A stretch of 58,367 nt of DNA, the filler included, from Platydemus manokwari (taxonomy: Eukaryota): assembly GCA_037951405.1 (NCBI GenBank). It is 4 parts of 4 records of this genome, joined end to end, with 100 filler letters (N's around TTAATTAATTAA, not from the genome) between each part and the next. Parts side by side here need not be neighbours in the genome. Positions count along the whole stretch, not along the records: positions 35,677 to 44,819 come from JBBMOY011293206.1; positions 44,920 to 58,367 come from JBBMOY011723621.1; 2 more parts are not named here. One strand, 5' to 3'. The notes below the pieces were generated by a model. That model ran no database searches and was not told where the DNA came from. It saw nothing but the letters and a program-made list of their open reading frames with translations. The number at the start of each line of letters is the position of its first letter. Positions within the stretch are counted from its first letter, which is position 1. The position numbers and the translations under genes are program-made. Positions 39,025-52,300 of this stretch are shown piece after piece.

Positions 39025-39660
39025 GTTGCTACCAGAACCTATCTACATCTGCTAAGCCACTCAAATTATCGATACATTGAATTCAAGTTCGACTTTTAAC
39101 TCCAGCAAATGATGAATAAATTTAGTTTCATAAACCGGTGATTGCTTCTTGAGGATTATTCACTATTTATATTACGGGATAAAGTTCGAACGGAATATTT
39201 ACCATCTTTCATAACAACCCTTCTTTATTGACTATATCTTTCATCAGAGTTGAGTATTTAATCTCCTTCATGGTGAGGCAGGTTAGCAATTATAATCACT
39301 TCACCCAATAATAAAATTTTGTCACCAATGGTGGTGTCATACTTATCAATAAATTATTACTATTGGTTTGTACTTTCTACCGAAATTCATTCGAACATTA
39401 TCGAATTTTAGCTTCACATACAAGTTTAATCATTATTATTACCAGTAAGTCTTCATTGTTAATACGAATCCGACATAAGTTCTTTAATGGACCGGTCGAT
39501 AGCGGTTAAATTGGATTTGGAAGAATATAAGAAATTTTTATTTCACAAATACTTTACATTCGTTACTGCTGCAATGTAGCATCAGCGGATATTTTGTTGT
39601 AATTGGATTCAGGAATCATAGAATTCGACAATTTTGGTCCTACACTAGGTTAACATTGCC
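39025..39660 (-). mobile_element. Decayed PIF1-type (Helitron-like) helicase remnant
   Basis: Ordered relics SADATL (cf. GIAATLL), II-D*TCM (cf. IIDE.SM, 39417-39445), TIGDKILLLG...LP (cf. PFGGK.ILL.GD..Q.LP), LSRNI (cf. L..NMR), WL...IGSG. Confidence 0.45.
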
Positions 39661-40130
39661 TTTTATTAGATCGAATTGATATTGGGGAGTTTTATGTTCA
39701 AGATCAGATAATAATGAAGATTTTCATTCATATAATGAATGCCTATACAATTATAATAGTAATAATCTGTCCCGATTATCGGTTTAACTTATTTCATGAT
39801 TATTATTAGTTTATTATTTATCGTTATAGATATTAAATTATAATAAATTATTATATTTTCTATGTTTCTCTAAATTGTTTTATCTGTAGTTCTCATTTAA
39901 GCTTTATTTTATAAAACATGTTGCACATAAATGATTAAAAAAATACTTTTGATTGAAAATATGCTTTCGAATCTAGTGGATAATAATGATATCCATTCCT
40001 ATTGGGATAATCGCTGATATTTACATGATGATGTATATGTCTAAACAAGATAATATCAACTTAAATAAATATTAGGCGTATATATATAATTATGCATTTA
40101 ATAAATTAGAAATAAAATAATAATTAAAAA

Positions 40131-41228
40131 ATTCGGTGCATAAAGTTGTGCAGTTTTATTTGTTGCAAAAAAAACACACCAGTTTCTTGTTTTAAATGAT
40201 TTGAGTTATATTCATTCAGCTGAATTAGCTATTTAAATCATTTTAGATTAACTTTCACTTTTATTACCCTCATTAAAATGGAGTGTCAGATAGATAAAAA
40301 TGAACATTTCTCGCATCTACTCCTTTCTATTTTAATCAATATTTAAACGCTGCAAAACACATCAGAATGATTTGGTGTATTTATGGCGAAAAGGTAGTCA
40401 GTGAACGAACAGCACAAAAATGGTTTTAGAAATTTTACAGTGAAAATTTTGATTTAAACGATTCACTTCGATCAAACTGAACTAGTGACTTTGAACTGTT
40501 TGAGGCAATTGATTCATGGCAATCGACACGAGAGCATGGACAAGCATTTCTCGACAACTCAAGAAAAAGCGAAATGTTCATAAGCTTGGATCATAGGTAC
40601 CTCACCTTCTTACAAAAAGGTCATAAAAATCAACGTATTTCGATTTCTGTATCTTTACTCGTTTGCCATCAATCTGCTGTACAGCAACATCAATCTTTCC
40701 TTTCCAGAACCGTAACAGGTGATGAGAAATTATGCCTGTATGTAAATTTGAAGCACAAAAAAGCCTGGATAATTCATCAAAAACTACTACAATCATGTGC
40801 GAAACACAAAATTCATAAAAGCAAAATCAGAGTTGTGCGTTCGGTGGGACCAAGTTGGTATTATTCATTACGAAATCTTGCCAAGAAATCGAACAACCAA
40901 TGCCGAACTTTATTGTGAACAACTTAAGCGAGTAAACACTGCAATCAAAGTGAAAAGGACCAATAAGAAGCAGATAGTTTTCCAGCATGACAATTCTCGG
41001 CCTCATGACATCATAGTGACAAAGTTGCCAATGGGAAGTTCTGCCTATCCTCCATATTCGCTCGACTTAGACCCAACAGATTTTCATCTTTTCCACTCCA
41101 TACTGAAAGATCTTTGTAGTTTCATTTTTGAAAACGAAGAAACATTAACAACGTGGATTGAACGATTTGGGATTGAAAAATTGGCGGAGAATATTTCACT
41201 GATTGAGACTGAGATATTTTTTTTCTAA
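40131..41228 (+). mobile_element. Defective mariner transposon (mellifera-like N-terminus)
   Basis: Left-TIR-like ATTCGGTGCATAAAGTTGTGCAGTTT; ATG 40278 MECQIDKNEHF.HLLL; *VPHLL (WVPHEL), TGDEK, HDNSRPH, PPYSLDLDPTDFHLF. Several stops and frameshifts; no right TIR found. Confidence 0.92.
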
Positions 41229-41574
41229 TGATTTCATAAATTCATTTTGTTATCTGGTTGATAACAACAATAACGATTCAATGAATTTATAGATTTTTAG
41301 AAAATGATATATATGAACAGGTCTTAATTATAACAAAGAAACCATGGCAACGAATATCAGAATATAGACAACATGTTTACTCGGTAATTCAAGTGGAAAT
41401 AAATGGAAATAATGGATATCAACGGTTCTATCATGCTGACAAAATTATCATAATAAGTTCAGTCATCTTGTTTGTTTATTTGTTTTAATTTATAGGTTAG
41501 CGACAAAACTTGACATTTTATAGTTGTGATTAAAATGTTGAGAAAGTCGAATTCATTTCAAAAGCGTTGAAATA

Positions 41575-41576
<2 letters not shown>

Positions 41577-41610
<34 letters not shown>
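41577..41610. repeat. (TTA)n microsatellite
   Basis: About 11 units. Confidence 0.85.
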
Positions 41611-41614
<4 letters not shown>

Positions 41615-42155
41615 AAAACAAATATTTATTTAAATAAAGTTTTATATAAATTCTATTTTTCGTTTTTAATGTGTTTTATCGACAGAAATCAAATTTTATA
41701 TTACTTGAAAGAATTTATATTTTAATAGAATAAATATATAAATAAATAAACAATATTTTCCTTTTATAATTACTGAAAAAAGATTTTATTCAGAAAATCT
41801 TTTAAATTATTTTCTCACTCTCTGCAACGATAATTATATTCAGGAGAAAATAGGCTGAAAAACAATTACAATGTTGAATGTTTATATAAACATTTTTTAT
41901 AAATATTTTTGTTGGAGTGATTTATTGCAGAATCTACTGACAAATAAAACAGTAGTATGTATATTGCAAACAAAAACTTTCATGTTGAATTATTTATTTA
42001 TTTATTTTATTCACACAAAATCAATGGCAATTTTCATAATCAATAATAGAAAACATTCGTTATTTTTTGTTTAAAACAATTCATTCTTTGGACTGTTCCC
42101 AGAGATAAAGCGACAAAAAAACAATATTATCACAGACATATTTCTTGGTGGGTGT

Positions 42156-43019
42156 CTACATATTTTTCCATATCACAGCCAGCGAAATCACGGAATCGAT
42201 TTGGTAGAGCAATGCTAATGAAATTGAAATGCGTTTCATTAATATCCATGGGATATGACCGTAAATTAATTCTGGAATATTTTCCGTGGAATTCTGCTGT
42301 AACTCCATGAAAAGTTTGAGGCACCACAACGCGATGTTATTCATCATAATAAATGAAATGTATTCCTTCTTGGGCTTTTTCATGGAGACTGAATCTGATA
42401 TTGGAATTCGAGCTATCATTAGGAGAATGTAAACCGTCTGTAGAGTTCCATGAATTATATTCAATAACGAAGATATCATAACAAATGGAGCTGATGGTAC
42501 GTTCAACATGGTTCGCCAGGCGAGAATGCAGCTGACATTGTAGAAATAGACACCACCAAACAAACTGACGAACATTAAAATCCGATTGGCTGATTCAATT
42601 TTATTCGTCATATTTGAGTACGACAGTAGAGAGATATCACGAAGATGGTAAAGGGTTGTTACGGTGACCAATGTGGTAATGATGGTGAGAAACATTTCTG
42701 TCAAATACGAGATTTTCATTCCAACCAATCTTAGTGAGGATTTTTTCGAAAATATGAACAACAAAATCAAGCTGATTATTGAGACGAGTAATGAAAATAA
42801 TCCAATGAAAAATCCTTTATTGGAATTTTTGCAATTGATTGATGATAGTCGTTTGCATTGCAAACTCCTCATTCTGACCGTATCACTGGACGATTCTCTT
42901 AGCGATTTGAACGTATTGTTGGTTTGAAGAGGAAATTGTAAATCGATCATGCAATCGATGGAAGAGAGTAGCAGCAAATTAATCACTACAAATATCGATG
43001 TATATGACGAACCATTCAT
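42156..43019 (-). CDS. Otopetrin-family protein, C-terminal domain only (TM7-12 plus one N-terminal hydrophobic helix), 287 aa
   Basis: INCKNSNKGFFIG (cf. VDC..A.KGLF.G), LQTVYI (cf. LQT.FI), KKPKKEYISF...NIALW (cf. KPGRE.VTF...N.A.W), IYG..PW (cf. FYG...W), LALLYQIDSVISLAVIWK (cf. LAIFYRFHS..CL.EIWK). Confidence 0.85.
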   Translation of the reverse strand: MNGSSYTSIFVVINLLLLSSIDCMIDLQFPLQTNNTFKSLRESSSDTVRMRSLQCKRLSSINCKNSNKGFFIGLFSLLVSIISLILLFIFSKKSSLRLVGMKISYLTEMFLTIITTLVTVTTLYHLRDISLLSYSNMTNKIESANRILMFVSLFGGVYFYNVSCILAWRTMLNVPSAPFVMISSLLNIIHGTLQTVYILLMIARIPISDSVSMKKPKKEYISFIMMNNIALWCLKLFMELQQNSTENIPELIYGHIPWILMKRISISLALLYQIDSVISLAVIWKNM

Positions 43020-44819
43020 TTGTTTATATTTTTAGACGATTTAAACAAATTATTATTTTCCATTTTATTTAATAATATGAAAATATGTTTAGTAATTCAA
43101 TGAATTTTTTGGTTGATTTGAGGATTAATTAATTAATTTGATTAATATAGATAAATAAAGATTAATTACATTAACTGTGTTAAGCTCATTATTGTCATTA
43201 TTCGGATATGCCAAAAAATAAGTCATGCGTCATCGAAAAGTAGACTTGCACGAAAAACTATAATAATTATCCTTTTACTTATTATTTTTCCTGTTTCCCT
43301 TCTGTCGTCGTTTGCAAATTATCATCTGTCACAATTATCATCGTAATTGATTTTTCTCTCGTTTCACTTTTTGGAAAGTCGTCAGAAAAATTGTAATCTC
43401 CTAACGTTCAACAGTATTTGGAAAATTCAAGATAGATTAGTAGGCTAAAGATTTTTGCGAGATATCGCATCAAAACCAATTTATTTTTACCTCAAAGGAA
43501 AAAATATCTAAAAGCAAAAGGAAAAATAAATTTCATTTTCAACTTATTTTATGTGGCTCTGGGTATTGAAAAATCCAATATTAATAGAGAACTAACAGAC
43601 TAACAACATAACATCAAGTATCGCAATGAACTTTCAATTGGTATTGCTCGGCTATATGCAAGTAATTTATCGTTCAAAAACAATAAAATATTTATAAGAT
43701 TTGTTGTCATTATTTATAACGGAATATTTTATAATGAGTTATTGAGATTTTTTAAATTTTATTTCGAATTTCTTTAATTCCGAATGATCAATGAATATTT
43801 AGGAAGAAATCACTAACACAACTTCAATTGATCGCACAATCTATCAGTACCAAATGATCGAGAACAATTTACCAATTGAATTTCTATTAAATTTATTGAG
43901 TGAATTGTGTTTTTCTCAAAGTTGACCAATTTTATCGATTTTAACATCGAGATATTTAATGGTGTGTGTTTTAATATATTTTGAAATATTGCTAACTGTT
44001 AATATGGTAGAATAGTGTGTAGTCTAATCACAATGAGTTATAATTTACCAGTCCAATCATATCGATAAACATTGTTTAAAGCACAATTGATTTTGGTATT
44101 AAGGCATTTTCAAAATTAATGGAATAAGTTTTCCAATTCTTAAAAGTTCAATGAAATATAAGATTTCCCTCGAAATAATAGATATTAAATAATAGATTGC
44201 GATTAAGCAATGAGAGCACCAACATAGACTCTCTTTGTATTGATACATCTTTCTTTCCATATTTTTGCGTTAATATATAATGTTTAAATAATATATTTAA
44301 TGTCATTATTATTAAAATTATTTAAAAAATTATAATACGAGGTGTTCCAATAACAATAGTTTAATAATAAAACGTAATACCTTTGATTAATAAGATTTTA
44401 TCCCACATTCGCATTATGAATATTTTAAAATGTGAGATTTTAGAATTTCAAAATTTGACTTATTTTAAACAAGCTGATATGTATATTTTTTCATTTTATA
44501 AAACTAACCAAATATTTTCACCAACTCGGACATAATCTAAACCACTGTTGAGAATATTAACTTTAACAATTTAAATTTTTTCTTATTAGAAGTGCGTATA
44601 TAATTTAATATTATATCAATATTTATTTTTTTATTTATATTTATATTTATATCATGAATATTTGATCCTAATATTTCATAAAATTAAAAAAGCTAATTAA
44701 GAAGTTCAACCCACTAATATATATATATTTAATCAAAATATTCGTATTTTTAATACTTTAGTCTATTGGAAATGATTTAAAATTTAATGACTTTAAAATC
44801 CTCTAAAGAAAATATCAAT

Positions 44820-44919
44820 NNNNNNNNNNNNNNNNNNNNNNNNNNNNNNNNNNNNNNNNNNNNTTAATTAATTAANNNNNNNNNNNNNNNNNNNNNNNNN
44901 NNNNNNNNNNNNNNNNNNN
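44820..44919. other. Artificial contig spacer
   Basis: 44N-TTAATTAATTAA-44N. Confidence 0.97.
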
Positions 44920-45604
44920 TAATGATTTGCTACAGCACACACACAAGTGTTTACATCTGGTGTCAAATTCCGGTTATTAAGTTATAGACCCAATATGTCC
45001 CTATTTTTCGTGTAACCTTTAACTAGATATGATATTCTATAGTATTTTATTTCTTATCATTTTACAATTTTATAAACTATTGTATTATCATAATTAATCA
45101 GACCATTAATCAAGCCAAAACAATGTCGGCTGCCCGAATAATTTAAAATGATAATTTATTTTTATTAATAATTGTTACTGCAAAAGAATCATTTAGATCT
45201 AATAATATGAATGAGACAATGGTGGCATCTGAGTTCAAACTGGACCTTAACAGCAATGATAAAAACGTATCTTCAATTAACGTTTGGTTCAAGCAAAGGG
45301 TCCTTTTTACAAAACACTCACTATAATTAGTTTTCCTCAATGTAGGTGATAATCTTTCCAATTTCAACTATCAGATATCATTGGTTGAAAAAAATTTCGA
45401 AATTTTTTTTAAAAATATCTTAATTATTTTGAGTGTGGAGCCGAGCAGTTGGGAGACTTACAATAAATATTAGAAATTATCGCAACTTTAAATAAAATTT
45501 TTTACTTAGAAATTCATTAATTTATTTTCATTTATTTTAATAACAAGAGATAAATATTAACTAAAAATTTATTATTATTATTAATAATATTATTATTATT
45601 TTAG

Positions 45605-46386
45605 GTGAAGAGCGTAAAGAATTCGTTAATTCATTTCCAATCGATCAAGTTGAGTCAGCTAAATTTGCATTCTCTCATACCAAGAAAAGATCCAAAGAGT
45701 TGCAAAATATTCATCCAGAAACAATACGAACAGCTTGCTATATAAGAAATATTTATGCAGTAATAATAAAATTTATAATAATAACCGAAATAATAATAAT
45801 TATAATAAAATGATAATAATAATAATAATAGAAATTAATAATAATGTGAAGACAACTACTTCATTACTAAAAATGAATTATATTTGCGATTAATATTTCT
45901 GCCTCATTTTCTTATAAAATAATAAATAAACAATATTTCTTTAATTTTTATTTTTAATTCAAATTATAAACTACTCAACAAATATCTCTTCAATTCTTTT
46001 AATGGCTTTATTTTTTAAGTAAGGATAAATCTATCATTGAATTCCATTTCATTTTTTATAAATTTAAAGTACCATTCAATATGTCATCATTTTTATCGAT
46101 CATACATTAGTGCGTTTGAAATTGTTATTTTCGGAACCATCTTATTATAAACAAATTAAATCAGACATCATTTATGGATATTAATAAAATTAACGTTTGA
46201 ATTGTAATTCTATGTCAGCAAATAACTCGGAAGCAACGGAAAAATTATGATTTGAAAAGTAGTCGTCGCCGAAAGTGTCTCTTTTATTATACTTGTGCAG
46301 TTAACACGGACAATATCCAGAAAGTACTCGATGGTTGTCGATCATTCCTCATGGAAGAACATTTAGAGAGATTTGGTATTTTGTGA
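45605..46386 (+). CDS. Heterotrimeric G-protein alpha subunit (divergent Gs-like), last two exons 45605-45759 and 46219-46386; 5' part missing
   Basis: HPETIRTACYIRNIYA|QI...KCLFYYTCAVNTDNIQKVLDGCRSFLMEEHLERFGIL* aligns with Gs 'DPRVTRAKYFIRDEF...[36 protein letters not shown]'. Phase-0 GT-AG intron of 459 nt. Absent from the ORF track. Confidence 0.88.
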
Positions 46387-49300
46387 AAATTTCGATAATT
46401 ATTGATTTTTTTATTGATGAATTGCTGAAAGTTTTAGTTTGTTTTACGAATAAATTGTTTATCTGTTTGTATGCTCAATAAATTGTTTAGTGATTGATAT
46501 GGATGATTATTTCTTTGTCAGATGATTGTTTTTTTTTTGGTAATTTTTTAATGTTTAGAAATTATTATAGGTGATTTAAAAATGAAAACATAAGTTAAAT
46601 TGAAACACGATTTGAAACTATTATTATAATATGAACATTATGTTTTTTAGTAATTAACTAATTCCTTTTAATAGAACTTCGAAGCAGTTTTACGAAAAAT
46701 AAATAGACTTGTGTAGAGAAGAGAATATATAGAGAATTTCACAGAAAATAAAGATACAATTCAATAAAAAGGAAAATTAAGAAAATCAAAGAATTTAAGA
46801 AAGAGCTTGTGAGGATTAGAAAGTCAAATAATTTTAAATGATCCATTTAAATCGAAAATATTGTTTGGTACAAATCGCACCTTAAATAAAATAATAATAT
46901 AAAAAATTGTGACCGATTATTGTAAAAATAGATCAAATCTAAAAGTAAATTAAATTCAATCTATAAATAGAACATGTATTTTAAAATAGCTAAAAATAGT
47001 AGGTAATGATTTTAACTAAAAATAGTATAAAATAAATACCTAAATTGATAAACACCAATAAAATTTAAATTCAAAGAATATCAAACCAATATAAATACAA
47101 GAGCAAATTATTAAAACTCGCCTAAAAACTTTTAACAAAAACTTGCGTAAATCTTTGCCACTTAAGAAACTAACATTGTAATTTCATTGCAATCAGTTTA
47201 TTACGCCGAAGCATTAATTAAATTCCTTCGAAAATAATTTATTAATGTATTTCATGATTTCAGTTTTAATGAATTTCGTGTTAATCGTCCAAACAAATTT
47301 GAATTTATCTATGAAAATTGTGTAAAATCAAAATAAACAGAATGTTTCCTGCCACTTATTGACTTAACCATCAGCAAAGCTTGGAAAGTCCAACATGGCT
47401 CTTACGGCGAAAGCATAGAAAACAAACTTAAACTTGTATACAACAAACAATTAATCGAATTATATTCCTTGGTTATTTGCTGTCTATTCATTACTTTGAT
47501 ATTATTTATCCTTTGAACATTATTGCATTTCATTGAATTTTTTTATAGATTTTGTGATTCTAATTGTATATATTGATATCCTTTATTTATTTTTATATTT
47601 CATTTGTATCTTAAATTTTATAATTTCTATAAAAAAATTGCACTTATTATGGTCAGATTCTAAAACAGTATTTTATAGTAAATCAGCAATCAATTTTAAA
47701 TCGTGAAAACTCATTAAGTTCCACATATTTATTGAGATCCTTTGGATTCATAAATTTAATGCAAAATAATAACACATCTAATGAAATAGTAGCAGGTTAA
47801 CATCAATCAAAAATTTGTAAGCTCGCATCATAGAAATAAGTGAACATATATCAGTTCTGATTTCATTCAAGTGAATATGAGAAATAGAAAATAATAAAAC
47901 AGAGCAATATTTACTGAAACCGAAGTAAATGTTATTTCGATTAACTTCAGCTGTTCATTTTCCAAAATGGGTTATTTTGGCCAGTAGTACCATTAAAACA
48001 TGAAATAGCCTATTAATTCAAATGTAAAGCAAAATAAAAACAATATGAATTCAGTAGTAATAGGCCAAGTTTATGTATTTTGTCGCATTTAACGCACACA
48101 CACTGTCTGTCACTCTCTTTCTCTTTCCCATGTGTATATACAAAGTTCATCGAAATTTTATACTAACGATCCTAATATATTTATCATTTACTCAAGACAA
48201 AGTGTTTATTGGTGTTTATTATTTACTTTGGCGAGAAATAATAAATAATGTGACAACTAATTCAAGGTCAAAACAAATCGTCAGCAGAAAGAGCTTCTTA
48301 ACTCGATAATTTAAACAGTGGGTGTTTTATTTTCTATTTAAAGTTTGTCAAATAAGTAGGAATTTAAGACGGAAATTTTGTCAACAACTGCATTTAGAGG
48401 CAACCAAAACAATAATTTACTACTAATAACAACATGCACAATTTATGATAGCAAAATTCTACAATTTTTCTAGTAAGTAGATTTTGTCTGAAAAACTATT
48501 GTAAAAAAAAATGGTGCCTAATGTCTATTTTATTAGCGGGTCATTGATTTATTGTAAGTTGTATTATTCATATAACAGGAAAAGGAGTATTCTGATTTTG
48601 TTACATGAATCAAAGTGGCCTGTTTTCATTTAATTTAGAAGATCAAATAAATATTACAATGATGATTTTCTACCAAATTTGTTTTTAAAATTAAAAAGTG
48701 GAACAAAATCTTTAGTGAAAACAAAATAAAATTATGTTTTCGTCATAATATTTTCGCACAACTTTTTAATTACTATGTGTGTTTTGTTTTTATGAGAATG
48801 AACTCATTGATATTAATTCCAAATTAATCGATTGTTTTTTTATTCACCTGATATCCCAAACTCAACTGAGGGACAAGTCTAGAAAAGAAGTAGTAATCTG
48901 AAAACAATTGGACCACTTATCCACCCACCCCCTAGGATTACTAAATTCGAGGATATTCAAATAAGATTTAAACCATTTGTCTACAACAATGACACAATTC
49001 TTATTATCATTCTTAGGAACTGAACATCCTCGATTACATTATAGGATTAATTAGGACGATAGAAATTATGATCTATTCTCGTTCTCTGACAAGGTACAAA
49101 CTCAGTACAAATATTATCTTTATTTGTGCTGTATTATTTATTATACTCACACATTACCTAATCGACCAAGGGATAATGTACAAAAAATTAAACTATAAAT
49201 TCCTAAAACACAAGCATACTCAAGTTGAAGTACTTTCCTATAATAACTCTCACTGTACAATTAACTTACCCTATATCATCTATTGTGATAACAAATACTA

Positions 49301-52300
49301 CCATCACCCAGTCATCTCAACGATTACAGCCCGACGTGTAGAAAATGTTTAAAATGAGAGGAAGAAAAAACCCCGCATCAGGGTAACCGAACCTAGTTCT
49401 GAACCAGCACAAATCAATAGAAAAGTTGATCAACATATTCTTGTGGGATATAATAAAACAAAAATTGCAGAGTCATAACAAATTCCATCAAATCGCCTTC
49501 TCGGTATAAGAGTCCTAGCAAGAGCAAAATGTTTGGCAGTTCAAGGATTATTTATCTTAAATCAACTCAAGTTATACAAAATATGAAAGAAAATTATGCC
49601 AGAGTAAGAACTGATGACAATCAGCAGAGAGGAAAAAATAAGGCAAGTTTATCCAAAAATAGAATATGAGAGACACTGGGCCTTTATGAAGAACTAATGG
49701 AGGATTTGACATTTGACATAGATTAGGAAGCTACAACGATAGCTTTGGACGAATTATCCAATAGTACATAATGATGTCATTCATTTGATATTATTTTCTC
49801 ACGTAATGATTTTTCTCCATTCTTTCATTGAGATGTTGTATATGTTCGTGTGCATGTGTATTTTTGAGACGAAAAAACTTAAAAGAGAAATATTGCTGTG
49901 GGGGGAATGCAAGGCTGAACAACCACGAGAAATATAAAACCCATTATTAAAATATTTTACAAAAATTAATTTTAAAAAAATATTAGGAAATAAAATACAT
50001 AAATTTTCTATGAAAACAAAGATAATTTCCCGACAATAAAGACATTATAATTTTTTTCAGAAATAAAAATAAACAGTTTGTTTAATTTATAAAATAAGAG
50101 ATTGTTTTACCAATTTCAAGGTCATGGAAAAATCCAAATATAATCTAATTTTATTAATTATGTTAGTGCTAAAAACAGACCACCCCAATCTAGTAATGTT
50201 TGTGGACTAAAATTGGTTGATACTAAATTAAGTACTGACATATAAATGTTACTAAAATAGGAACAAATGTAGCAATGCACACGAAATGACATAGTACACA
50301 ACACAAAACCGTATATAAGCGACAAGATCAATCACTCTTCACAAGAATTGTCCTGAAAAATTATATTGCAATTTGCGAAGCTTAATTCAAGAAAATTTGT
50401 TATTATTATTGATGATCATTTTTATCCCACTTGAAGTTTTAATATGTATCATTTCAATTATTACGAAGATATTTCCAGATACGATGAGACAATTTATTAT
50501 TATTAATTATAGACCCACCGCTACTTCTGGCCTTGTGGTTTTGTCAAATCCGATAAGAACTCGCATTTGACTTCACACCTTCATTTGCTACAGAGAGGCT
50601 TGACCAGATACTTAGGCGGGAGGCTCTTTATTGTTTTTTTCAGTTTATTTTACGTCAACAACAGAGTTATTATTTATCTACTAGGGGTGCATATTCATAT
50701 TTAAATTAATCAAATACATTTTATTATTTTGTTTACACTGCTATTATCCGGAGATTATTAAGCAGTAGCAATCTGTAACTGTGGGAGTCCAGATAAATTA
50801 AAATTTTCAAAACTCTTCTGATTTGTTTTAATATCAAGCTTATATCATCATATTTTTACAGATTTTACATTGGTATTTTGGAACCAAATATTAATTATTA
50901 AATTATATACAAACTGTAGTAAATCTTAAACAATTATAATTATAAATTAGAACAAATCAATAATGATCTTGACATAAAATAGTTCCAGGGAAAAGTAAAT
51001 TGCAGAAACAACTTTGATGAGTAAATAGAATGAAATAAATAAAAAATATGCGACATGTCCCTTTAAAAATTATAACAAAATGCTTTTTTTTATAAGTTGT
51101 GGCTTGTGTAAATATTATTGATTAAATAATATCGATTATTTTCAAAAAACAATGAATAACGTAATGCTTTATTACATTATTATTTTACCGCAGCTAACAC
51201 TATGGCCACGTTTTCAAATGACAACGCACGAAAAGTTTGGTAAAAACTTTTATTACATATTATCAAAAATTCCACATTTCAATTGCACAAAAGTACTAGC
51301 ACCATTTATCTTGTTCTATGCGTGATTTTAAGACCATTTGATAACACGATTGCTAGATAAACATTTACGAAGTTGAAAATATTTTATAGCTGTCTAAAGC
51401 ACTTTATCGTTCAGACGATTATTGATATAGTTGTTTTCATTTGTTAAGTCTACATTTCCATGGCGTTTGAATATCTTGATTGATTTCCATTGACAAGCTC
51501 CAGATGTCATGATTTCTAGTTGTATGAAATTTCAAATTATTTGCACGCTTAAAATATGTGTATTGTTAATGTATAAACATTTTTTAGGTAAACGTATGTG
51601 GTTTATTTTATTGGACTGATTGTGATCTATTTTAATCTAATTTATTACTTCATTATCTATATATTGTTACATCTTAGAGGGTACTGTAAATTTGCAAAGA
51701 ACAATTTTCCATTAACTTGATTTTCTAAGTTTAAATTATAAGCACACTATTTCAAAAATTAATTTGTTTAATTATCGGACTCCAGTAGTGGCACTAGATA
51801 TAACTTATGATAGTTTAATTTATAAATTAAATAAATAAATAAACGATAAAATAGAAAAGATATAATTTTGTTAATACACCTGATACGATAATGAAGGAAG
51901 ATAATCAATATTGAACAATGATAAGTAGAAAACAAAAAAAGATTTTATAATAATTTATTAGATCAATAATGTGTCAATTGTTGTTCAGGTTCTTACTGGA
52001 TGGTATTGATTTTAATCAACAACTAGGGAAATTAAAATCAATTATCATTAAACAAGCAAATATAACGGAAATAAAAATGAAATTAAAGCATTGGTAAAGT
52101 TAGTATTAATTATTTTCAGAAACTACGACAACGATGAAATACAGTGAAGATATTCTGTGGCGAGGAGAAAGTTAATTCCCTGATAAGCTATTCTGTTTGT
52201 TTATCTCCATTATTGTACTCGAAGAATCAGTTGATTCATTATTGCATTTGAGGACATCACCAAAGATAATGTATACTACTGTGTTCCGTTTTATATATTA

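Noticed and set aside
45143-45385. Candidate additional G-alpha exons upstream of 45605
   Set aside because: An open frame and an acceptor exist, but I could not find phase-compatible donors or the NKxD motif.
49068-49480. 94-aa ORF and PTCRKCLK, a possible LINE gag knuckle
   Set aside because: The zinc knuckle is incomplete and no ORF2 follows.
51299-51338. APFILFYA-DF, similar to the Maverick/Polinton polB 'PF.IYADFE' motif
   Set aside because: A single frameshifted motif with no supporting motifs.
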